Assembly: GCF_001194135.2 (NCBI RefSeq)
Contig: NC_068996.1
Coordinates: 2,170,457-2,203,444, forward strand
Direction: 5' to 3'
From: Octopus bimaculoides
Lineage: Eukaryota
Length of the DNA: 32,988 bases
This document shows, piece by piece, positions 25,156 through 32,988 of the stretch. Within the stretch, counting starts at the first letter, position 1; every line of letters begins with the position of its first letter. The translations under genes were made by a program, and so were the position numbers. Below the pieces are notes generated by a model. The model was given only the letters and a program-made list of their open reading frames with translations, was not told the DNA's origin and did not search any database.

Positions 25156-26029
25156 GCAATATTGTTAACCTGATGTGCCCACACAGAACTTATGTAGTAT
25201 TTTGCCCGGATTGATAATCCCTCACTATTATTTACATGTATATGACTAATATAACTAATAGGTGGCTCAAAAGTACGTTTACAGTTATTCAACTGTCTCC
25301 CTCATATTCATATATTAACAGTTTAGATTGTAATTATTTTAAAAAAAATGAAACCATTGATAATTTAGTTAATTTTGTCAAACTCCTTTTTCGGTTTGTA
25401 ATTGTTTTTCTATTTTTTTTTTACAGGTACTGTAAAGTGTGAGGCATGGTAAACAATTTAAATCAAGACCTGACAACAATGGATTTCTTTTTGTTTTGTT
25501 TTTTTNNNNNNNNNNNNNNNNNNNNNNNNNNNNNNNNNNNNNNNNNNNNNNNNNNNNNNNNNNNNNNNNNNNNNNNNNNNNNNNNNNNNNNNNNNNNNNN
25601 NNNNNNNNNNNNNNNNNNNNNNNNNNNNNNNNNNNNNNNNNNNNNNNNNNNNNNNNNNNNNNNNNNNNNNNNNNNNNNNNNNNNNNNNNNNNNNNNNNNN
25701 NNNNNNNNNNNNNNNNNNNNNNNNNNNNNNNNNNNNNNNNNNNNNNNNNNNNNNNNNNNNNNNNNNNNNNNNNNNNNNNNNNNNNNNNNNNNNNNNNNNN
25801 NNNNNNNNNNNNNNNNNNNNNNNNNNNNNNNNNNNNNNNNNNNNNNNNNNNNNNNNNNNNNNNNNNNNNNNNNNNNNNNNNNNNNNNNNNNNNNNNNNNN
25901 NNNNNNNNNNNNNNNNNNNNNNNNNNNNNNNNNNNNNNNNNNNNNNNNNNNNNNNNNNNNNNNNNNNNNNNNNNNNNNNNNNNNNNNNNNNNNNNNNNNN
26001 NNNNNNNNNTATATATATATATATATATC

Positions 26030-26218
26030 TTTTATCTTTTACTTGTTTCAGACATTAGATTGTGGACATGGTGGCGCTCCTCTACAGGAATTTTAGTCGA
26101 ACGAATCTATCCCAGTACTTTTTTAAAGACGGCTACTTATTCTGTCGAATCCTTTTGCTGAATCGCTAATTTACGTTGACGTAAGTACACCAATATCGGT
26201 TGTCAAGCGGTGGCGGGA
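26030..26218 (-). mobile_element. SINE family A, 3' half
   Basis: Reverse complement ccgcttgacaaccgatattggtgtacttacgtc..gtaaattagcgattcagcaaaagga..gaataagta..tgaaacaagtaaaag matches 6150-6339. Confidence 0.85.
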
Positions 26219-26497
26219 GTTACTAAAAATCGAAGAGAAAAAAAATTTTAAATAGCCAGTGATTGTTTCCGACTTAAATGCATTTGAATTGATATTATTG
26301 GAGATATATATAAACATTTTGACAATTATTTATTTTCTTTACTTAATTATTTTGACCGTTATAATTTTGTTCTTTCATGTATTGTTCTGTTATGTATTTG
26401 AATAGTTACCGTTCCGAGTCCTAAACGTAGGTATTTTAAACGAGTATTTTACAATCTGGCAGTCTTTTAACAAGAAATTTCATCTGTCTTTTGAACC

Positions 26498-26584
26498 AAA
26501 ACCCTGAAGAGACTTGTATACATGGATATGAAGTGTTTATAAATCAAATAATGTATATAAGACGAAACAAATTGTTGGGGTTTT
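26498..26584 (+). ncRNA. Putative minimal type-I hammerhead ribozyme (Penelope-type)
   Basis: CUGAAGA 26504-26510; stem II 26511-26523 with 26551-26563 (12 of 13 paired, including one G-U); GAAA 26564-26567; near-palindromic stem III ACAAAUUGU; GUU triplet 26574-26576; short stem I cc/gg. Confidence 0.55.
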
Positions 26585-26813
26585 TTTGGGTTTTTTAATA
26601 ATTTTTATGTTACCTTATTATACCATTTATTATATCATATTTATAGTATATTATATTATAATATAAATAAATTGTGACATTGTCAATTGTATATCTATTT
26701 AATTTGTTGTTTGCATTTTGTATTTATATCCCTATTACTGTGGTGTTCAACTGACGTACCAGCGAATTGTATGTTTCAAACCCCGCTGAAGGAACTTTTT
26801 CCTTCGTTTGTTA

Positions 26814-26847
<34 letters not shown>

Positions 26848-26999
26848 GTGGGGGGGGGGGAGTAGGCAGAAAAATAAGCGAAAATGTACATTGAAAATCA
26901 AAAAAAGTAAAAGCTTTTTATGAAAAGTAACGATAGATATATACAATTAGAAGAACTGAGGTAAGAATAAAGGTAATAAAAGTCATTATTGTGAGTTGT

Positions 27000-28290
27000 T
27001 AAAGAGATTCAAAAGCATACCGGTTTCGTAATATACTAATCATTGCTTTGAATGCACACCGAATTCTGAACGGTGTCAAGTCTATTNNNNNNNNNNNNNN
27101 NNNNNNNNNNNNNNNNNNNNNNNNNNNNNNNNNNNNNNNNNNNNNNNNNNNNNNNNNNNNNNNNNNNNNNNNNNNNNNNNNNNNNNNNNNNNNNNNNNNN
27201 NNNNNNNNNNNNNNNNNNNNNNNNNNNNNNNNNNNNNNNNNNNNNNNNNNNNNNNNNNNNNNNNNNNNNNNNNNNNNNNNNNNNNNNNNNNNNNNNNNNN
27301 NNNNNNNNNNNNNNNNNNNNNNNNNNNNNNNNNNNNNNNNNNNNNNNNNNNNNNNNNNNNNNNNNNNNNNNNNNNNNNNNNAGATATTACTACACTCTAA
27401 GCATGTAATGGCATAGATTAGATTTTCCGAGGCACAGGTGAAATTTGATTTAATCTTAAATATTTCACCTTTATTTAAAGTGGAACTCTGAACCCTCCAA
27501 AAGGTGGGGGCAAGTACCACAGTTAGGTCGACCACATTATTTCACTTTTGGTTCTGTTGTTAATGGATACAGTCTTGCGCTGGTTAATATTTTTTAAGTG
27601 ATTTAGGTTGTATTTTACTTTTGATAATTTTGTGTGAGCCTAAAATTTTGTTCATTGTTTTGTTTCCTGTGAAGATGGCAAGATTTTGGACGATAACGTT
27701 AAAGGCTTCGTTGTTTCTAGAGTTATGTGTGGAGATGTATGGGAGTATTTTGAAGTCTGGTTTAGTATTTCGGTTGACTTCTCTTAATGTTTGTATGCCT
27801 ATTTCTTTAGCTCATTTAACTCCATCATTTATTAAAGATATTGGGTAATGTCTTTTGATTAGTATTGATCTGAGTTGAATGAGTCTTCGTTCACGAGTAT
27901 AGGAGTCCGAAACTATGGTACAGANNNNNNNNNNTCTGAGTTGAATGAGTCTTCGTTCACGAGTATAGGAGTCCGAAACTATGGTACAGATTCTTTTCGC
28001 TAGATTATAAGGTATATTAATTTTTATGTGTTTGGGGGTGGCATGAGTTGAATAATAGGTATTGTTTACAATCTGTGGGTTTATAGAAGATGTCTGTTTC
28101 GATGTGGTTATTGATTATTTTAATTAGGATGTCTAGAAAAGGGAATTGTTTGCTGTTGTGTTCCATGGTGAACTGCATGTTGCTATTAATATTGTTAAGC
28201 ATTATTTTGAAATCGAGGAGTTTGTCCATGCTGTCTTTCCAAAGTATAAAGCAATCGTCCAAATACCTCTTCCAGTTCTCCTTTAAATAG
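27000..28290 (-). mobile_element. Decayed Penelope-like element (RT C-terminal half + GIY-YIG endonuclease)
   Basis: Minus strand: ENWKRYLDDCFILW..FTME..FPFLDILI..FYKPTD..QYLLFNSCHP (RT motifs), then KCGRPNCGTCP and SNFTCASENLIYAITCLEC (lead-in to GIY-YIG). The rest of the endonuclease lies in the gap 27087-27381. Confidence 0.88.
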
Positions 28291-28468
28291 CAATGAAAGG
28301 AGGTGCCTCGATTACAGTTGTTGGCAATTCCAGCGCTTCAACCCTAAAATCAACAATGAGAGTTGAGCCAGTGGCTCCTATGACTACATACAACAAATAG
28401 TGAATGGCCTACTACAACAGTCGAGGTCTGTTTACACCAAAACTCGGACAGATGGCAACGTTTAAAGG

Positions 28469-28469
28469 G

Positions 28470-28522
<53 letters not shown>
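28469..28522. repeat. (CTA)n microsatellite, about 18 units
   Basis: Visible array continuous with the left TSD of the adjacent SINE. Confidence 0.97.
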
Positions 28523-28529
28523 GATATAA

Positions 28530-28775
28530 TCCTTTCTACTGGAGACACAAGGTTTCAAATTTTGGGGGAGGGTATGTGTCGATTACATCGATCCCAGTGC
28601 GTAACTGGTACTTAATTTATCGATCCCAGTGTGTATCTGGTACTTAATTTATCGACCCCGAAAGGATGAAATGTAAAGTAGACCTCGGCGTAATTTGAAC
28701 TCAGAACGTAGCGATGGGCGAAATACCGCTAAGCATTTCCTCCAGCGCGCTAACGATTCTGCCAGCTCGCCGCCT
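28530..28775 (-). mobile_element. Full-length SINE family B with 17-bp target-site duplication
   Basis: Reverse-complement head aggcggcgagctggcagaatcgttagcg, B-box-like gagttcaaatt, tail gtctccagtagaaagga. tactactactgatataa occurs at 28513-28529 and 28776-28792. Confidence 0.9.
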
Positions 28776-28849
28776 TACTACTACTGATATAAGGCCACCA
28801 CACCACAAATGCTGAGTAGTCTATAGCAACAGTTGGGTGTTTGTTTACA

Positions 28850-28920
28850 CCAGTGGTACCCAAACTTTTTCGATTTGCTGCCCGCTAGACACCCAGACCT
28901 AAATTCCTAGCTCCGTCACC
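28850..28920 (+). mobile_element. Possible hAT-type terminal fragment
   Basis: cagtggtacccaaactttttc resembles the CAGTGGTTCCCAAACTTTTT terminus common in hAT/Charlie elements. No partner end found. Confidence 0.35.
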
Positions 28921-29163
28921 TTAACTAACCATCACAAATATGATCACAGCATGATTTTTATTTTTATTTTGCCAAGTTATTTCAGTCACAATATATATTA
29001 TGATTTTTAAATTTCCCTCTTCTAGGCATTTTATATTTCTCTCTCAACAAACTTTTTAGCCATTTAATTCCCCTCTTCATGTTTTTAACATTTCTCTCCT
29101 TATTTTCACCTCTCACTTCTCTTAACCACATAAGTGGCAGCATAATGCATCGGCTAGCTGTCT

Positions 29164-29166
<3 letters not shown>

Positions 29167-29211
<45 letters not shown>
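29167..29211. repeat. (CT)n microsatellite
   Basis: Visible array. Confidence 0.97.
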
Positions 29212-29213
<2 letters not shown>

Positions 29214-29589
29214 TTTGAATATAACTCTCTCCGCTGCCCATCGCTCTCTATCTGTCTTTCTTTAACCTTAGTACCGAACATCACCCTCTGCTGAATATTG
29301 TATCCAAAATATATCTCTTTCTCTTTGCCTTTCCCATCTCTACCCTACAGCACGTCGTTAACACTTCTCTCTTCCTCTTTTCTGTCACTGTCCTTTAATC
29401 ATATTCTTCGCCTCTCTCTTCAACTAAACACGTGACACATTAGGCGTCATTATACACCTTTCTCTACTTCTTCCTTACTTCGTTTCTTTCTGCTCGTATT
29501 CCTCCCCTCTCTCTTTCACTTTTACTCCACCTCCCACTAGCCCTTCCCCTCTCTAACTAAAGTACAATGGGTGAACGAACAAGCAGATA

Positions 29590-29757
29590 ATATATACATA
29601 TTTACGAAGAACTTCTTTCAGTTTCCGCCTACCAACTTCACCAACAAGGCGTTGGTCGGCCCGAGTAGAAGACTTTTATCCAAGATGTGCAGTGGGACTG
29701 GACACGGAACAATGTGGCTGGTAAGGAAGCTTCTTACCACACAGCCACACCTGCACC
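29590..29757 (-). mobile_element. SINE family A, 5' half
   Basis: Reverse complement ggtgcaggtgtggctgtgtggtaagaagcttccttaccagccac..cagtcccactgc..tcttctact..cgggccgacc..gcggaaactgaaagaag matches 5938-6100. Confidence 0.85.
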
Positions 29758-29939
29758 ACACAGCCACACCTTTAGCTTTTTCTTCTATGGTTTGTTTACT
29801 TCTTCCTTCGTTCTGCCATTTTCGGGTCTCCAGTCATCATTTAGGACATTTTCATTTTCTTTTGTGTTACCCCTATTTGTCTGACTGGTAGTCGCACGAC
29901 TTTTAATTGATATATCTATTTTTGTATATATATATGTAC

Positions 29940-29975
<36 letters not shown>

Positions 29976-30239
29976 TTATTATGATTATTTTAGTTTGTCT
30001 TGTTTGTTTTCGTCATTTACTTGTCCGTTAGTTAGCTACTTCCAATGGCTGTTTTGCAGTGGCGCCTACAAGAAGCAATAGTCTCAACAATAACAGCGCG
30101 TAACTGCTAAGGTCACTTGGACGTTGGCTGATAAGGAACTAGCTACGAATTTTCTGTGTGTTGTGGCCGTGTGAAATTTACGTTTATGTTTTTGTCAAAT
30201 TTTCCGTTTGTCTTAAATTTTTTATGCAATGTTCTCCTA

Positions 30240-30340
<101 letters not shown>

Positions 30341-30520
30341 CGTACACATACAACGGATTAGTTTAATCAATATATTGTGTATTAAATTTATATATTAATA
30401 TTCTCCAAAGGCATAGCGATACGAATAATTTGGCGTTAGAACTCACTATCCATACGCTTTAGAAAGCGCGTCAGTTGAGTACAGAGTAGTGATAGGATAT
30501 TTTGGATGACAAAGGAATAA

Positions 30521-30756
30521 AGAATTATGTTGTGAATTGCATTAGCGTATAGTTGTTTATGCTATAAGATGCTATACAGACATAGTTGAACGCTTGACTA
30601 TCACCCTGTAGCTTCATGGGAGCTTCTAATATGAGGTTCATTTCATGTTTGAAGCTCCGACGAAGCTACAGGGTGATACTCAGGTACTCAGCTATGGCTG
30701 TATAGCATCTCATAGGGCAAACAGCTGTAAGCTAATGCAATTTACAACACAATTCT
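30521..30756. mobile_element. Foldback / MITE-like element with 106-bp inverted arms
   Basis: 30521-30626 vs reverse complement of 30651-30756: 88/106 identical, ungapped (manual count); 24-nt spacer. Confidence 0.88.
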
Positions 30757-31377
30757 CTATTGCTTAGTAATTCTACTTCCTCATATGTGTGTGAGTGTGT
30801 GTGTGCGTGTGCGTGCATACATAAGCATACATATATGCAAACACACAACCACACACTCACAACGATGGCTCTATAAACCAAAGGTAATTTTACATCGTCC
30901 AACAAACTGTCATGTTTAAACTGTTAAACTATAGTTATGTCTGTGTGTATGGAGACAGAAGCTTGTGTGAATGCATGTGTGTTGTGTGCGAGTGTGTGTG
31001 AGTGCGTTGCGTGTTTATGTGTGTGGGTGCGTGTGCAAGCTTGTCATGTATTTGGCGTCTATCGACGACGTTGCTTATATTAACTTCTCGATATTTCTCT
31101 TTTGCTCTCCCACTCCCTGTCCATTTACTATGTATGGTGCCACTGGGGAATTAACCAGCCAGCCAGCCAACCAACCAACCAAGCAACCAACTTTTATATC
31201 GGTTATTATTATATAGAGATATGCATATAATGTATGTAGATTTGTGTGCGAAAGAGAGTGTATGCGTGTGCGTGAATGCGTGCGTGTGAGCCTGTGTATG
31301 TGTAGGAGTGTGGGTCTGACTGTCACAATGGTCACTACGACAGTTCGAGCTGCTGTGGCAGTGGTAGCAGAAAGGTA

Positions 31378-31421
31378 AGAAAAGAAAGATAAGAAGAAAG
31401 TAAAAAAGAAACAAGGAAACA

Positions 31422-31465
<44 letters not shown>

Positions 31466-31492
31466 AAAAAGAAAGAAAGAAAGAAAGAAAGA
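31378..31492. repeat. (GAAA)n microsatellite
   Basis: Visible array. Confidence 0.95.
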
Positions 31493-31817
31493 GGCATGCA
31501 GGTCGCTGCTTGGCTACCAGCTGAAGCTAAAATCTGTGATCACAGTTCCAGTTGCAGCCGTAGTTTTGAGGGATTAACGTCAGGTGTCGTTAAATGGGAA
31601 TTAGTGTGGTTGTAGAACAAAGCCGAATGTTAGTGAGGTGGGTGGTGAATGGGTTAGGGTTCGGCTGGTTATAGGACTGGTTTTGGATGATCGGTGGAGG
31701 TGGCGGTTACGTTTTAGCGACATGTAGGGCGGATGGAGGCTAGGGACGGAGCTGATGTTGGTGGTTTAACTTAGTTCGGCTATCTGAGCTTCGTTTGGTT
31801 TAATATAAATTTCCTTT

Positions 31818-31909
31818 GTATATATGTATGTGTATGTATATGTGTATATATATATATATATGTATACATATATATGTATACATATATACATATATACATA
31901 CATAATACA

Positions 31910-31943
<34 letters not shown>

Positions 31944-31957
31944 CATACATACATATA

Positions 31958-32008
<51 letters not shown>
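31818..32008. repeat. Compound (TA)/(CATA) microsatellite
   Basis: Visible arrays. Confidence 0.95.
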
Positions 32009-32015
<7 letters not shown>

Positions 32016-32569
32016 CTTGTTCCGCTTTATTCATGTGATTATTATTATCGTTGTTCATGTTTTGTGATTTCTTTTATTAGTTTTTTTATTATTCTTTTTG
32101 TTCTCGTTTTCGAGTTAGTTCGTAAGACATAACACGTGTACGTCACGGGAAATGATAGGGTCCAGTGAAATTGTTAAAAGAAATACGAGAAAAACTCAAT
32201 CAAATAAACGCAACAACACCAGTGGTATTAATAGTAATTACAAATATATACGGAACCATTTTCACTGCATAAAACAAACACGAAAGCTGGAAGACAGAAC
32301 ATACGTTTATATTTGGGTGCGTGTGTTTGTGTGCGTGCGTGTGCGTGTGTGTATGTTGTGTGTACGAGAAAGAGAGAGAGAGAGAGCGAGTGCGTGTATG
32401 TGTGTGCGTGTGTGTGTGTGTGTGTATAAATAAGTATGGTAGGAACTCTTGCAGAAATGTGACGTCAGGGCATAAACAAGAAGAGAATACGCATGTATAA
32501 AATAAATGGGGTGAATGATTGATGATTTGGGGAAGCATTGGAACGTGGGTAAATGAAAATCTAAATGAG

Positions 32570-32624
<55 letters not shown>

Positions 32625-32636
32625 TGATGATGATGA
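32570..32636. repeat. (TAA)n-(TGA)n microsatellite, probably an expanded SINE tail
   Basis: Directly continues the 3' end of the minus-strand SINE fragment at 32637. Confidence 0.9.
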
Positions 32637-32684
32637 TTTTGGCACCAGGCCAGCAATTTCGGGGGAGGCTTTAAGTCGATAAAC
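32637..32684 (-). mobile_element. SINE family B, 3' tip
   Basis: Reverse complement tcgacttaaagcctcccccgaaattgctggcctggtgccaaaa matches the 3' end of 11855-12003. Confidence 0.7.
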
Positions 32685-32715
32685 CTCTGTGCTTGCCGCT
32701 TGACATCATAACGAT

Positions 32716-32748
<33 letters not shown>

Positions 32749-32762
32749 AATAATAATAATAT
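32716..32762. repeat. (AAC)n-(TAA)n microsatellite
   Basis: Visible array immediately 5' of the RT fragment. Confidence 0.95.
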
Positions 32763-32763
32763 T

Positions 32764-32988
32764 ATGGCCTGGGTGGACTACCAAAAGGCTTTCGACAGTG
32801 TTCCCCACACGTGGATTCTGGAAACACTAGCCATAAACAAGGTGGCACCAATTATCATAAAATACAAAGAGAACTCAATGAACAAATGGCAGACAGTGCT
32901 ACAGCTCCAAACAAAAGAGGGACTTGTGAAAACGAAAGCCATCCCCATTAGAAGAGGAATATTCCAGGGAGACACGCTCTCTCCACTC
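32764..32988 (+). mobile_element. 5'-truncated R4/Dong-like LINE reverse transcriptase fragment; frame open to window end
   Basis: 75 uninterrupted codons: MAWVDYQKAFDSVPHTWILETL...IPIRRGIFQGDTLSPL, with the RT motifs DxxKAFD and QGDxLSP. Missing from the supplied ORF track because it runs off the window. Confidence 0.9.

Larger units (their letters stand above)
23552..25230. mobile_element. Element with 87-bp terminal inverted repeats enclosing SINE and LINE-ORF1 cargo
   Basis: 23552-23638 vs reverse complement of 25144-25230: 75/87 identical without gaps; outer 35 bp perfect (taatagtgagggattatcaatccgggcaaaatact). Confidence 0.8.

Noticed and set aside
27869-27990. Perfect 56-bp direct repeat inside the Penelope-like element
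   Set aside because: The identical copies flank a 10-N gap, so this is an assembly overlap artefact.
28587-28660. Short direct repeats superficially like a CRISPR array
   Set aside because: Contiguous tandem duplication inside a SINE with no spacers; eukaryotic context.
31306-31380. 69-nt open segment ending in a strong donor aag|gtaaga
   Set aside because: The upstream AG lacks a pyrimidine tract (TG repeats) and the sequence looks like decayed trinucleotide repeats.

Overview
AT-rich, repeat-dominated eukaryotic non-coding DNA, probably a large intron or intergenic region. About 3.2 kb is N-gaps (932-1241, 3268-3439, 7894-7903, 12593-12628, 13537-14205, 15051-15864, 19221-19549, 22506-22515, 25506-26009, 27087-27381, 27925-27934). 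The SINE families and extreme microsatellite density resemble Octopus genomes as I recall them; this is an inference, no search was run. No intact host gene is evident, and almost all supplied ORFs are microsatellite or gap artefacts. Supported content: two R4/Dong-like restriction-like-endonuclease LINE fragments, an RTE-like LINE fragment, a Penelope-like (RT + GIY-YIG) fragment, a decayed maT/DD37D-like transposon, a rearranged mariner built from two 5' ends, two foldback MITE-like elements, many tRNA-type SINE copies and many microsatellites. Most interesting: (i) a ~1.7-kb element with 87-bp inverted ends enclosing a SINE head and the 5' part of a LINE ORF1; (ii) a minimal type-I hammerhead ribozyme motif next to the Penelope-like element; (iii) the 5'/5' mariner chimera with a microhomology junction; (iv) candidate plus-strand host exons or microexons, all unproven.
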